Below are positions 36,301 to 45,886 of a stretch of 64,000 nucleotides of DNA, piece by piece. A program made the translations under genes and the position numbers. Source of the stretch: Candidatus Micrarchaeota archaeon (GTDB lineage: Archaea; B1Sed10-29; B47-G15). The first letter of the stretch is position 1. Each line of letters begins with the position of its first letter. The DNA is taken from NCBI GenBank assembly GCA_003660975.1, contig QMVG01000001.1, positions 183,900 through 247,899 on the forward strand. Direction: 5' to 3'. Below the pieces are notes generated by a model. It worked only from the letters and a program-made list of their open reading frames with translations, was not told where the DNA came from and searched no databases.

Positions 36301-37009
36301 CTTCCCTCTCCATTTTCTTCTCTTCTTCAATTTTTCTTTCTATCCTTCCGGTTTCGCTCTTCAGCAATTCCAAATGCTTCGCCAGGTCAAAATACCTCTC
36401 CTTGCTTTCACCAATGCTTTTTTCTACATCTGAGATGCCTTTGCGTATATTTTTGATTTCCTCTGCAAGTGCTTTTATGCTGTTGTCATCAAGAGCAATC
36501 TGCTTATCCAAATTCTCAAACTTAGCAGAAAGCCTTTCAATGCTCTCGTCCATTGCTTTTTGCAATTCTGCAATCTTTTCAGGAACTTCCTTTTCTTCTC
36601 TTGAAAACTCCTCTGAAAGCTCAGCTATCCTTTGCTTTAGCTCTTTAACTGAGCGGTCCTCTTTTGCTTTGACCTCCTCAAGCATTTTTTTAAGGTAATG
36701 CTCATGCCTTTCAACCAAGCTTATCCTTTCGGAAAGCTTTGCAAGACTATCACTTATATCTTCTAATGACTCCCTCTCCACTGCCTCATCAGAACTTAAA
36801 CGCCTTTTTACCTCACTAATTTCAGAAAGCAGCTTTGAGAAATCAGCAACAAGTTTGCTATACGGGTCAACACCAGACCTAAGAGACTGCTCTATCATTG
36901 CGATGTCTCTTCTCAGCTCATCCAATTCTCCTTCATGGCCCGTGACTCCGCTTATCTTAAGTTCTATGTCTCTCAACCTTTTAGCAATTTCTTCACTGTC
37001 TCCTGCCAT
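33281..37009 (-). CDS. Giant repetitive coiled-coil protein, 1242 aa
   Basis: Continuous E/K/L heptads. No Walker motifs, SMC hinge, signal peptide or TM. Confidence 0.85.
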   Translation of the reverse strand: MAGDSEEIAKRLRDIELKISGVTGHEGELDELRRDIAMIEQSLRSGVDPYSKLVADFSKLLSEISEVKRRLSSDEAVERESLEDISDSLAKLSERISLVERHEHYLKKMLEEVKAKEDRSVKELKQRIAELSEEFSREEKEVPEKIAELQKAMDESIERLSAKFENLDKQIALDDNSIKALAEEIKNIRKGISDVEKSIGESKERYFDLAKHLELLKSETGRIERKIEEEKKMEREDIEKLHSSYEKLSSELERVKLAEAEIKAMVIDNIKSVQSGLEKELEALQTKEEKSIEKLSLLLDNLKANSENLYKNLESKLAALSDEEKELKERHKETSARLKELLSNIERLKEKIESEEKIEEADIKNVNQSMQMLSERIKEAEDNEKLFADSILQKFATAEKELKSRIEEIQKEEEMSSNDLRQLIESMRANISFIQNNFAFLENNVKNEYKQVFERIKAISDESRKIEKAIEENKKIEKKDVEVLGREMDALDRLLKTVVVEYIPNIRDRIKQQALAIEELHGELDEERFDVENIIEHLDEMQGLLDKLELRDSKRVEEIAEIGKRISKLKKQLQSKEEKDVEGVKKELMDISEDIIKEIAEIDREIMEAEKERKELKTELLGKIDRAESEFRQHLEVLRSEVMKEEKDTELLKELINSLQVRLSSMKAELESSERSQEEKHKNLVSEILSIAALLSELENKLKENEEISTAELYSIENKTKALSEAIDALRETELGLAKQMKENIDKIDAKIEENIRKLSEELKKEETDVDAVKKMLNDTEAQLSSLRQTLGDKYKALQQSITAFQNQLKKNIDKLEKEKQLDRKDIDTLRDSLENVRKEVEIIEKGESELKETILGKIKESNAEFANKLSELQRKMDEDKASLLDVKNLISQLESTITTLEGDLSGTKKAYSSISQELSSIKEKAAELSKRIESGETVETERIESLKKKLEELSKKIRDMEVEEIKEREEIRKSIEEIKAETKNKFEKIEEQMQRNEDSVKRVSEIISSLNSDMSNIEEQIKGETEEFRKQIENRMEGLRAKITELSEKMKEGKKVEEDEINNLKTAVEAIAKDVEDKAKIKDVSDLRVNIKKLSEELNRSIENQERSIRDAKELINMLKEDMKRVAKQIEGKKEEYGDLMSKIDEINSQISKLSEKLESGQSIENSELIRLRGDVNVLSDKVDERARKKEISEDVVNMVVNQFKKNVDISEIIKKLKEEEYSRGQINEILEKARLKWIYG

Positions 37010-37099
37010 AGCAATCAGTTATGATTACGCTTAACTTATTAATAAAATATATCAGTCAAACAGTTAGAATTATATGCATTAACTGTATTTTTATCCTAT

Positions 37100-37513
37100 A
37101 TGAAATCAGCCCAGTCTTCCATAGAATATCTTATAATGTTTGCTTTTATTTTAGCAGTAATTGTTCCTATCTGGGTTTACGCTAATAACAACATAAACAC
37201 TACGAACGAGCGCCTGCAAAAATCATACGCTGAGAATGCAGTTCAGAGGTTGGCAGCAGCTGCAGACATGGTTTATGTGCAAGGCCATCCAGCTAGAATG
37301 ACCATTAGGATAAGGATTCCAGAAGCAGTTGAGAACGCCAGCATAAAGCAACATGAGATTTCGATCAGAGTGTCAAGCAGAGGGGGACCATCTGATATTT
37401 ACTATACAACAGTTGCTCCTCTGAATGGCTCCCTGCCAAGCAGCCCTGGTTTTTACTTCATCACTCTGAGAGCCATGGAAGAAGGTTATGTAAATATAAG
37501 CTTTGGTGGTTAA
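37100..37513 (+). CDS. Type IV pilin-like protein (class III signal peptide)
   Basis: MKSAQSSIEYLIMFAFIL. Confidence 0.85.
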   Translation: MKSAQSSIEYLIMFAFILAVIVPIWVYANNNINTTNERLQKSYAENAVQRLAAAADMVYVQGHPARMTIRIRIPEAVENASIKQHEISIRVSSRGGPSDIYYTTVAPLNGSLPSSPGFYFITLRAMEEGYVNISFGG

Positions 37514-37909
37514 GTGAAGGCACAGGTTTCAATAGAGCTCTTATCTCTCCTCGCTGTTGCACTGCTGCTTTTGATATTGTTTAACATATGGACATACAGA
37601 TTTCAGAGCAGCACGGAAAGAGACAGCACATATTTTGACGCTGAAAGGGTGTGCAGTTTGTTGGCCAATGAGATTAACACAGCAGCTTCCATAGGTGATG
37701 GCTACAAGAAACATTTTTCTCTGCCTTCAAAACTGATAAATTATGTTGACTACAATATTTCAGTGCTGCCCAGTGGAAAGCTGGTGGTAGTAAGCTGGCA
37801 TGGAAGAGAGACCTGGTGCGACATAATAAGTAGCAACATTTCAATTAATACATTGAATAAAGGTGGAAATATTATAGAGAATAAGAAAGGGGAGATTATA
37901 ATTGGCTAA
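37514..37909 (+). CDS. Minor type IV pilin
   Basis: MKAQVSIELLSLLAVALLLL. Confidence 0.85.
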   Translation: MKAQVSIELLSLLAVALLLLILFNIWTYRFQSSTERDSTYFDAERVCSLLANEINTAASIGDGYKKHFSLPSKLINYVDYNISVLPSGKLVVVSWHGRETWCDIISSNISINTLNKGGNIIENKKGEIIIG

Positions 37910-38405
37910 GGGGCAGTTGTTTAGCATAGATTTTATAAGTGGCACCGTGATTTTCATACTGTCTTTTATGATGCTCCTTACCCTTATGGATACAGCCAAT
38001 ACGCAATTGCGTGAGACAGAGGACTTCCAACAAATGCAGTCAATAGCATTAGCCATATCTGACATGCTTATTAAGAGTCCTGGCAACCCAGAGAACTGGG
38101 ACTCTTCAAATGTTAAGGCAGTTGGTTTTGCAGACAGCCCCCATGTGCTGAATGAGAGCAAGATATTGTCTTTCTACTCAATGAGCCGGCAGGAAGCAGC
38201 CATTGCTCTTGGTCTGACAGGATATAACTTCAACATTTCATTTATTGACAGGAACAAGCAGATAATCACGTATAAAGGCAAAACACTGAGCATTGGCTAT
38301 GTACCACATTATGAGAGCAATCTTGTCGTTTCCCAGCGTGTGGCAGTGCTGAAAAACAGCACACAACAGCTGCCTGTTATAATGAGGGTGATGCTTTGGC
38401 AATGA
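37902..38405 (+). CDS. Minor type IV pilin
   Basis: MAKGQLFSIDFISG and SPGNPENW motif. Confidence 0.8.
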   Translation: MAKGQLFSIDFISGTVIFILSFMMLLTLMDTANTQLRETEDFQQMQSIALAISDMLIKSPGNPENWDSSNVKAVGFADSPHVLNESKILSFYSMSRQEAAIALGLTGYNFNISFIDRNKQIITYKGKTLSIGYVPHYESNLVVSQRVAVLKNSTQQLPVIMRVMLWQ

Positions 38406-41143
38406 GAGGGATTATGTTTACAGTGGACGCAGCAATCGCGTTGGTACTCGTACTGTCAGCCCTTGGCCTGTTCACGCTGCTCAGCTTTGAAACAAGCTCA
38501 GAAGAGCTAACATACCAGCAGCTTCACTTTGATGCTCAGGACATTATCCAAGTTATGTCTGTGTTAAAGGTTTCTGATGTGTTGGATACGGCAGTTATTT
38601 CAGACCTTTTCAATACAGGTAGGTTAATAGAAGCCCATAAAAACAAGAGTGTTATGGATGTGATAGCAGAGTTCTGGTCTGGAAACACGTCAAAAAATAA
38701 AAGCATAGCTAAAAATATCACAAAAGAGCTGTTCTCAAGCTTTGTTCCAGACAATCTTGATTGGGCCTTTCTCATAGACAAGGATGTGCTTTTTAACTCA
38801 TCCCGGATGCCAGACAGCGGTGACATGGTTGTAAGCAGGCGCTTTGCCTCTGGCTTTATGGAAAGCAGGCCAACCACAGGTTGTTATGCAAGGGCAAGTG
38901 TGCAAGCAGTTAAAGGGAAACAGGATTCTTCATATGCTTTCTTTGGAGGCTTCGTTGGCCAAGGCAATATAACTGCTGTTATAAGAGACATTCCAGGAGA
39001 TGCCAATGTTTCTGAGATCTATATGGAAATGAACATACCCAGCAATTTCACACTTTACTTAAACGACTTTAACTGTGGTAGCTTCATAACAAGAGGGGCT
39101 GGTATGAACGTCTCAAACTTCTCAATTACGAAAAGCTCAAATCCATCCTGTATAAATGCGATAAGGAAAGGTGGGATAAACATATTTTACATAAACTTCA
39201 GCAGCAACAACATAACAAAACATTATATCGGTGGCGGTTTCATAAGAGTGTCTTACTCTACAAAGCGATTGATAAACCCAGCACCAAACATAAGCAAATA
39301 TTATTTTCCAGGCATTAATGGCCTCATCAACCTTTATTCCTCATTCTATGTTCCAGGTGACATACAGTCAATGAACATTCACTTGGAGTTTTTCAACAAT
39401 TACACCACTTATTTGAGAATTGCTGGTCAGCAAGTGATGTCAACTAGCGGGAGCAAGGCAACGCAAAATGTGAACATATCAAACACAGTGCTAAGCTCTC
39501 TGCTTAACTATTCTGAGTTAAGCTCCAAAACCATTCCAATAAGGATGGGCATCGTGGCAATAGGAGAGGCAGGCACAGGCGATTCGGATGTTGTTCTGAT
39601 AACAGACCTATCTGGAAGCATGAATTGGTGCATAGACAGCAATAGCCACTGCTCCTCTCCAAACAGGCGCATTGACCTTGCTAAGGATCTGGATAAGCAA
39701 TTTGTTAATATTATTTTAAGCACTCCTGGAAACAGGGTTGCACTTGTAACGTATAGCAACAACGCTTACAAAAGGACTAATCTAACAGATAACGAGACAT
39801 ACCTCAACAACACGATTGATTCTTTCTCTGCCTCTGGAGCAACTTGCATTGCCTGTGCCATAAGAGAGGCGAGAATGATACTCCAAAACGAAAGCAACTC
39901 GTCAAGGCAGAAATTCATAGTCGTAATGAGCGATGGCCTAGCAAATATGAGAGTAGATACGAGCAGGATTAACAGAACCACCTGTTGCACATATGGTTAT
40001 TGGTGGTTTCCCTCATATTACTGTCCCTCTCCCTTCTGCGGAAGAAATTTTGTAAGTCGCTGTGGAGATGCATACGACAGCACAGCGTCCCAGCAAGCAA
40101 TAAATGATGCATGCTATGCACACTCTGTAACAAATGCAACGATATATTCTGTTGGCTTCGGCCCAATTCAATCATGCTATGAGGGAAATTACACATTGAC
40201 GCAGATAGCAGAGTGCGGGAACGGCTCTTTCTTTGCAAGCGACAATGCGACAGAGCTGGAGGAGATTTACCAACTCTTGGCTAATACTATATTATATCAA
40301 TCTTATAAGAAACAGATAACAGAGGTAACAGGCAACATATCCACCTGGCTTTCAAATAATTCATACATAGAATTTTCATATGCTCCTGAAAGCCAAATAG
40401 CTGCATATGGCGAAGTGTCCTTTGCCCAGGAGTCTAAAAGGTTTGCTTCCTGCAATAGCTCTCTTTTCATTCCAGCAGGCATAAAGGTAAGCGATTTGAA
40501 AGCCTTAACCTACTCAGCTGCATATTGGGCAGACAAATTAATTCTAAATAATAAAAACCATTCTGATTTTAGTGTTTACAACTTGGCAGATTACGGTCCT
40601 TCGTACTCCTATCTAGGAGACCCATATGTAATACATGTGCCAGACACAGTAACTAACCAAAACGACTCAAACAACTTTTCATTAAGGCTTGGAGTCTCGC
40701 CCAGCAATTCATCAGACAACTGCTCTGGCAAGGACAAGTTTGTTTATATCGTGAGGTTGTCTGCTATTGCCTCATCGCAAGGTCTTTTCCCAGACTGCTT
40801 TGGATATAATGTTAGTGTTTATTATGACACAGACCACGATGGCGTAGCAGATGGTTCCCTTTATGTTCCCATAGGCGAGGACTTGCCTGGTTTTGTCAGG
40901 ACTCCTGTGGATGTAGAGGATTTAAACACATCAGGCAATGGCATAGCAAACGCGTTTGCAAGCCTATTAGAGCAGTTAAACTACTTTGTTTCAGGCAGCA
41001 ACTCAGGGCCTGCAGGCTCTCAAAACAACCCAATTGACATTGAGATAACACCAGAGGTCAAGTTCTCTGTAAATGTTGTTGGCGGTGTTCCATATATGTG
41101 GGGACCTGCTAAATTAGAAGTGGTGATATGGAGAAAGCAGTAG
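38402..41143 (+). CDS. Large pilin-like vWA-domain protein (putative pilus adhesin)
   Basis: MRGIMFTVDAAIAL class III-like N-terminus, MIDAS DLSGSM, GATC, VVMSDG, Cys-rich insert, C-terminal WGP. Confidence 0.8.
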   Translation: MRGIMFTVDAAIALVLVLSALGLFTLLSFETSSEELTYQQLHFDAQDIIQVMSVLKVSDVLDTAVISDLFNTGRLIEAHKNKSVMDVIAEFWSGNTSKNKSIAKNITKELFSSFVPDNLDWAFLIDKDVLFNSSRMPDSGDMVVSRRFASGFMESRPTTGCYARASVQAVKGKQDSSYAFFGGFVGQGNITAVIRDIPGDANVSEIYMEMNIPSNFTLYLNDFNCGSFITRGAGMNVSNFSITKSSNPSCINAIRKGGINIFYINFSSNNITKHYIGGGFIRVSYSTKRLINPAPNISKYYFPGINGLINLYSSFYVPGDIQSMNIHLEFFNNYTTYLRIAGQQVMSTSGSKATQNVNISNTVLSSLLNYSELSSKTIPIRMGIVAIGEAGTGDSDVVLITDLSGSMNWCIDSNSHCSSPNRRIDLAKDLDKQFVNIILSTPGNRVALVTYSNNAYKRTNLTDNETYLNNTIDSFSASGATCIACAIREARMILQNESNSSRQKFIVVMSDGLANMRVDTSRINRTTCCTYGYWWFPSYYCPSPFCGRNFVSRCGDAYDSTASQQAINDACYAHSVTNATIYSVGFGPIQSCYEGNYTLTQIAECGNGSFFASDNATELEEIYQLLANTILYQSYKKQITEVTGNISTWLSNNSYIEFSYAPESQIAAYGEVSFAQESKRFASCNSSLFIPAGIKVSDLKALTYSAAYWADKLILNNKNHSDFSVYNLADYGPSYSYLGDPYVIHVPDTVTNQNDSNNFSLRLGVSPSNSSDNCSGKDKFVYIVRLSAIASSQGLFPDCFGYNVSVYYDTDHDGVADGSLYVPIGEDLPGFVRTPVDVEDLNTSGNGIANAFASLLEQLNYFVSGSNSGPAGSQNNPIDIEITPEVKFSVNVVGGVPYMWGPAKLEVVIWRKQ

Positions 41144-42078
41144 TATTTACCTTGTCAATAAGCTTTGTAATAATAACGATTATCTCATTTATAATTGCCT
41201 ATCTCTTGATAACACAGACACACAACCAGACAGTATTAAATAAAATAGAGTCAGATATGCTTCGTTACTATGTGGATTCTATAGACCTTGACCTACCTAG
41301 AGCATTAAACATTATAGGAAAACGCTCCTTAGCAGTTGCCGCCATTCATGTTGCAGTAAATGGCACAGCACTTGATGATGCTAAGAGAAGAGTAGAAGAG
41401 TTGATGATAAACCACACCCTATATGGGGAAGATGCTCCGCTAATGGAAAATGAATCTTTACTTGAATGGGCGCGAAGGGTTTCAAATATAGGCAAAAGCT
41501 ATGGTTTCAACACAAGCATTGACATCTTAAGCCTCTCTGTAAAACCCTTTGATTCTTTTAATTCAATTATGCTGGCCAATATCTCAATATTTATTACAAA
41601 CAGAGACCAATCGATAAACATCTCACGAAACTATTCAGAGAAGGTATTGACTTCGTATCTAGGCATAGACGACCCATTATATAATCTTATGACAAATGGC
41701 TTGGTTACAAGGAAAATAATGAGATATAACAAGACAATAGACTCTGTGGCTGATGTGGATGATGCGATAGACAACAAGTGGTACATGAACAGCAGTGAAG
41801 GGCCAAGCTTCTTTGACAGGTTGGAAGGGAGATTGAGGTTATCAGACAGATACAAGACAATGTCTGATAGGCAGATAGCTTTGGAAACATTTGTTGACCT
41901 GCAGGAATTAAGCAGTAAGGGAATAACAGTAAAAACAAATCAAAGCTGCGTTGATTATTTGTATTTTAACTCAAGCAAGATCAATGGAAAAGCGCTAAGC
42001 GGCTCATCGCACCCTTGGTTCAAGATAGATGACTACCATGCTTCCGTTTACAATGTGACTTCAGACCTCATAGGCTAA
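41128..42078 (+). CDS. Pilus-associated minor pilin-like protein
   Basis: MEKAVVFTLSISF hydrophobic N-terminus, GIDDPLY, GPSFFDRLEG. Overlaps the previous gene. Confidence 0.7.
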   Translation: MEKAVVFTLSISFVIITIISFIIAYLLITQTHNQTVLNKIESDMLRYYVDSIDLDLPRALNIIGKRSLAVAAIHVAVNGTALDDAKRRVEELMINHTLYGEDAPLMENESLLEWARRVSNIGKSYGFNTSIDILSLSVKPFDSFNSIMLANISIFITNRDQSINISRNYSEKVLTSYLGIDDPLYNLMTNGLVTRKIMRYNKTIDSVADVDDAIDNKWYMNSSEGPSFFDRLEGRLRLSDRYKTMSDRQIALETFVDLQELSSKGITVKTNQSCVDYLYFNSSKINGKALSGSSHPWFKIDDYHASVYNVTSDLIG

Positions 42079-42108
42079 AAGAATCTTTATTAATGTTTAC
42101 TGTATTAT

Positions 42109-42405
42109 ATGATTGGTGAGAGCATGCCAGAAGAACTAATAAAAGAAACAGACAAGGCACTGCATACAGGGATTGATAGGTTATTAGCAAAGGTCTACGC
42201 AAACAAATCAGTGAAGATAAAGGACATAGTAAAAGAACTTCAGATCCCAGATGAAAAAGCAGAGGAGTGGGCAAACATCTTGGCCGATCATGAACTCATC
42301 GATATAAAATACAGCCCAATTTCAGGTATGGTTTTAGAATCCAAACCAGGAAAGGCATATGACCCAAAGAGAGGGGTTTATGACCTGCCCAAAAAAGAGG
42401 AATGA
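42109..42405 (+). CDS. Small wHTH-like protein (start may be 42124)
   Basis: TGIDRLL..VKIKDIVKELQI..AEEWANILADHELIDIKY. Confidence 0.6.
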   Translation: MIGESMPEELIKETDKALHTGIDRLLAKVYANKSVKIKDIVKELQIPDEKAEEWANILADHELIDIKYSPISGMVLESKPGKAYDPKRGVYDLPKKEE

Positions 42406-42408
42406 AAT

Positions 42409-43965
42409 ATGAAGGTAATGAACTCTTACAGCCTAGAAAAAGACAATGTTGTAGGCAATGTAAGAATTTACAAAAAAGAGTCAGATTATGTTCCGACGTA
42501 TGAACTGCAAATTCCAGAATTGGAAGCAGCAACAGAAGCCATGTTAGACCATATAAGGCAGCAACTAGTCAAACATGTTAAGGTAAAGATAACAGAAATG
42601 TTAAATCCAGATTCCATGGAGGACATAAAAAGAAGGTTTCTTCAAAAAGCGAGCGAACTCATAAAATTAGAATTTCCAAGTATGTCTGAGGACACCCAAA
42701 AGTCATTAGCAGGCAGGTTGGTCCACGAGATGCTGGGACTGGGGGCAATCGAATTGCTGCTGGCAGATGACGACTTAGAGGAAATCGTGATAAACAATTC
42801 AAAGGAGCCTGTTTGGGTTTACCACAAGAGCATAGGTTGGCTGAAGACAAATATAATGATACCAAGTGAAGACCAGATATACAATTATGCTGCACTGATA
42901 GGCAGGAGAGTGGGCAGGCAGATAACAAATCTAATGCCTCTTATGGATGCCCACCTCTTGACAGGCGATAGGGTAAATGCAGTTCTGTTTCCTATTGCAA
43001 GCAAGGGAAATAACATAACGCTCAGGCGTTTTGCCAGGAACCCATGGACTATAGTGAATTTCATAAGCCCAGAGATTCACACGTTGAGTAAGGAAATCGC
43101 AGCAGTAGTTTGGCTCGCTATGGAAAACGAGCTTAACATGATTGTGGCAGGTGGTACTGCTTCTGGCAAGACCAGTTTTCTCAATGCAATAATGCCTTTC
43201 ATACCTCCAAATCAGAGAGTTATATCTATTGAGGACACAAGGGAGTTAATGTTGCCTAAGTTTATGCACTGGATACCTTTGACTACAAGAGAGCCAAACC
43301 CAGAAGGGAAAGGAGAAGTTAGTATGCTAGACCTCATGGTTAACTCTTTGAGGATGAGGCCTGATAGAATTGTACTCGGAGAGATAAGGAGGCAGAGAGA
43401 AGCAGAGGTTTTATTTGAGGCCATGCACACAGGACACAGTGTCTACGCAACCCTACACGCAGATAATGCAGAGCAGGTTAGAAGAAGGCTTATCTCCCCT
43501 CCAATAGAGCTGCCTGAATCAATGCTGGAAGCCCTACACTTAGTAGTTGTCCAGTTTAGACATAGGGCAAGAGGAATAAGGAGGACATTTGAACTTGCAG
43601 AAGTAGTGCCAAAGGAAAGCGAAAGAGGTTTTAGGGTTGATATTAACGTGTTATACCGCTGGAACCCAAAGAAAGACAGCTTTGACAAGGTCATAAAGTC
43701 AGACAGCCTATTTGACAGGAGTGAGAAGACAAGGCTGTTTGATGAAATAAGTATGAGAACTGGAAAGAAAGCCAAGGAAATAGAAGAGGATCTGAAAGAA
43801 AAGCAGGTAATTTTGCAATATATGCTGGACAATAAAATAAACCATGTGGATGCTGTTGGCAAAATGATAGCAGAGGTTTACAGAGATAAGGACTATGTTC
43901 TGGAAGCCATAAAGAAAAAGAAGAAGCCAGAAGACATTATAGGAAAAGAATTTACAAGGCGATAA
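42409..43965 (+). CDS. Type IV pilus assembly ATPase (VirB11/TadA/PilB-like)
   Basis: GGTASGKT, SIEDTREL, LRMRPDRIVLGEIR, AMHTGH, TLHA. Confidence 0.95.
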   Translation: MKVMNSYSLEKDNVVGNVRIYKKESDYVPTYELQIPELEAATEAMLDHIRQQLVKHVKVKITEMLNPDSMEDIKRRFLQKASELIKLEFPSMSEDTQKSLAGRLVHEMLGLGAIELLLADDDLEEIVINNSKEPVWVYHKSIGWLKTNIMIPSEDQIYNYAALIGRRVGRQITNLMPLMDAHLLTGDRVNAVLFPIASKGNNITLRRFARNPWTIVNFISPEIHTLSKEIAAVVWLAMENELNMIVAGGTASGKTSFLNAIMPFIPPNQRVISIEDTRELMLPKFMHWIPLTTREPNPEGKGEVSMLDLMVNSLRMRPDRIVLGEIRRQREAEVLFEAMHTGHSVYATLHADNAEQVRRRLISPPIELPESMLEALHLVVVQFRHRARGIRRTFELAEVVPKESERGFRVDINVLYRWNPKKDSFDKVIKSDSLFDRSEKTRLFDEISMRTGKKAKEIEEDLKEKQVILQYMLDNKINHVDAVGKMIAEVYRDKDYVLEAIKKKKKPEDIIGKEFTRR

Positions 43966-43966
43966 T

Positions 43967-44836
43967 GTGAATAAAATACCGTTCAGCCCACTGCCTCCAG
44001 CTGCAATGGATAAAATATCAAACAATTTCATAGCTCTAGGAGAGCTTTTCAGCAGGATGATGCCATCACTCAGAGAGCAACTCTACCAAGCAGAGATGGA
44101 AATCTCAAGCAAAAAATATGTCGCAATTGCAATAGTTACTGCCCTTTTTTACGCAATTTTGATCTTCTTTGTTTTGATAATGCTTTCCATCATACTTCAG
44201 ATGGATTTTATTCCTATTGCTTTGATGCTTTCCATAGTCTTCTATGCCTTTATGTTTTTTTCAGTGCTTTCATACCCACGAATTATAACAATGCGCAGAA
44301 TGCGCAAGCTTGAGACAAACCTTGTCCCTGCTTTGAGGCACCTGCTGATAGAAGTAAAGTCAGGCGTTCCCCTATTTCAAGCAATGATGGGCGTCACTAA
44401 AGGGTATGGGGAGGTTTCTGAGGAATTTTCCAAGATTGTCACAGACATTAACACAGGAAAGTCAGAGACAGAAGCAATAAATGACGCTGCAAGAAGAAAT
44501 GCATCGTTCAAGTTCAGAAGGTCATTGTGGCAAATAACCAATGCGCTTAAATCTGGCAGTGATATAGGAGATGCTTTACAGGCAATAATAGAGGACCTGA
44601 GCAGGGAACAAGTGTCTGCCATAAAGAAATACGGGCAGGAATTGAATCCATGGACTATGATATATATGGTGGCAGCAGTTATCATTCCCTCTTTAGGGCT
44701 GACTTTTTTAGTGGTTATTTCTTCCTTTACAGGTGCTATGATGCCTCCAATCATATTTCCACTGATACTATTTGGGCTTATCCTATTTCAGCTCTTTTTC
44801 ATGAATTTTGTAAAAAGTAGGAGACCTGCAATATGA
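43967..44836 (+). CDS. Pilus platform membrane protein (TadB/TadC, T2SS-F)
   Basis: Multiple TMs, KSGVPLF..YGEVSEEF, ALKSGSDI. Confidence 0.88.
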   Translation: MNKIPFSPLPPAAMDKISNNFIALGELFSRMMPSLREQLYQAEMEISSKKYVAIAIVTALFYAILIFFVLIMLSIILQMDFIPIALMLSIVFYAFMFFSVLSYPRIITMRRMRKLETNLVPALRHLLIEVKSGVPLFQAMMGVTKGYGEVSEEFSKIVTDINTGKSETEAINDAARRNASFKFRRSLWQITNALKSGSDIGDALQAIIEDLSREQVSAIKKYGQELNPWTMIYMVAAVIIPSLGLTFLVVISSFTGAMMPPIIFPLILFGLILFQLFFMNFVKSRRPAI

Positions 44837-45825
44837 AGTTTTTCGTAAAGATTTCGTCAATACTTCCAAACAGGATAATAAGAGCTTATGAACAAATGCT
44901 TATATATGCAGGCATGGGAGATGTCTCTCCGCGTGCTTTTGCGGGATATTCAATAGTGCTAGCCTTTTTCATATCTCTTTTCGTTTCTTTTTCTTCTAAA
45001 CTCTTGTTTTCAATAGACAATACTCTTACTATTATCTTTGCAGTCTCTCTGTTTTTTATGATGTTCGCTTTGTCATATGTCTATCTATCTGTGGTGGCGG
45101 ACAACAGGGCAAAGGCAATAGAAAAGGTCCTGCCAGATGCCTTGCAGTTGGTTGCTGCCAACATTCAAGCAGGAATGACCATAGACAATGCGTTGTGGCT
45201 ATGTGCAAAACCTGAGTTTGGCGAGTTTGAGGATGAAGTGCAGAAAATGGCAGCGCAGACACTTGCTGGAAAAACGCTGATAGATGCCTTAAAAGACCTC
45301 TCAAAAAGGGTGAAATCAGTAGTCTTACACAGGGCTGTTATGCTGTTAATTCAAGGCATTCAGTTAGGGGGGGAATTGGCCCATCTTTTAATTCAGATTG
45401 CTGCGGATATCAGGACAACACAAGCGTTGCAAAATGAGATAAGAGCAGCGACGGCAATGTATTCTCTCTTCATCCTTTTTGCAAGCGTTTTCGCAGCTCC
45501 AGCCCTTTTTGCTGTTTCAACCTTTTATGTTGAAACCACAAATGTTCTCTGGTCAGGCAAGATTGGGCAGGTTTCCCCTACTGGTGGAGCTGGTTTGAAT
45601 GTTATAAGTATAAAAGGCTCTATGATAAGCACAGAGGACGTAAAGCTCTTTGCCATTGTTGCTATTATCATAACAACGGTTTTTGCTTCTTTAATAATGG
45701 GGCTGATAACAAGCGGCCAGATGAAGAGAGGTTTAAAATATACTCCTTTCTTTGTTTTGGGTGGTTTGGGTATCCACTTTGTGACATATAGCATTATAAA
45801 GTCAATGTTTGGTGCTTTAATATAG
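44833..45825 (+). CDS. Pilus platform membrane protein (TadC, T2SS-F)
   Basis: IEKVLPDALQLVAANIQAGMT, GGELAHLL, multiple TMs. Confidence 0.88.
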   Translation: MKFFVKISSILPNRIIRAYEQMLIYAGMGDVSPRAFAGYSIVLAFFISLFVSFSSKLLFSIDNTLTIIFAVSLFFMMFALSYVYLSVVADNRAKAIEKVLPDALQLVAANIQAGMTIDNALWLCAKPEFGEFEDEVQKMAAQTLAGKTLIDALKDLSKRVKSVVLHRAVMLLIQGIQLGGELAHLLIQIAADIRTTQALQNEIRAATAMYSLFILFASVFAAPALFAVSTFYVETTNVLWSGKIGQVSPTGGAGLNVISIKGSMISTEDVKLFAIVAIIITTVFASLIMGLITSGQMKRGLKYTPFFVLGGLGIHFVTYSIIKSMFGALI

Positions 45826-45886
45826 TAAGCTTTTTATACCTGTAATATTTAATCTGCTTATAAAAATGATGTTTAAGAGGTGAAAC

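Noticed and set aside
33498-36698. Long plus-strand Ser/Phe/Leu-rich ORFs
   Set aside because: Antisense shadows of the E/K-rich coiled-coil gene.
33281-37009. SMC/Rad50
   Set aside because: No Walker A/B, signature motif, hinge or CxxC hook.
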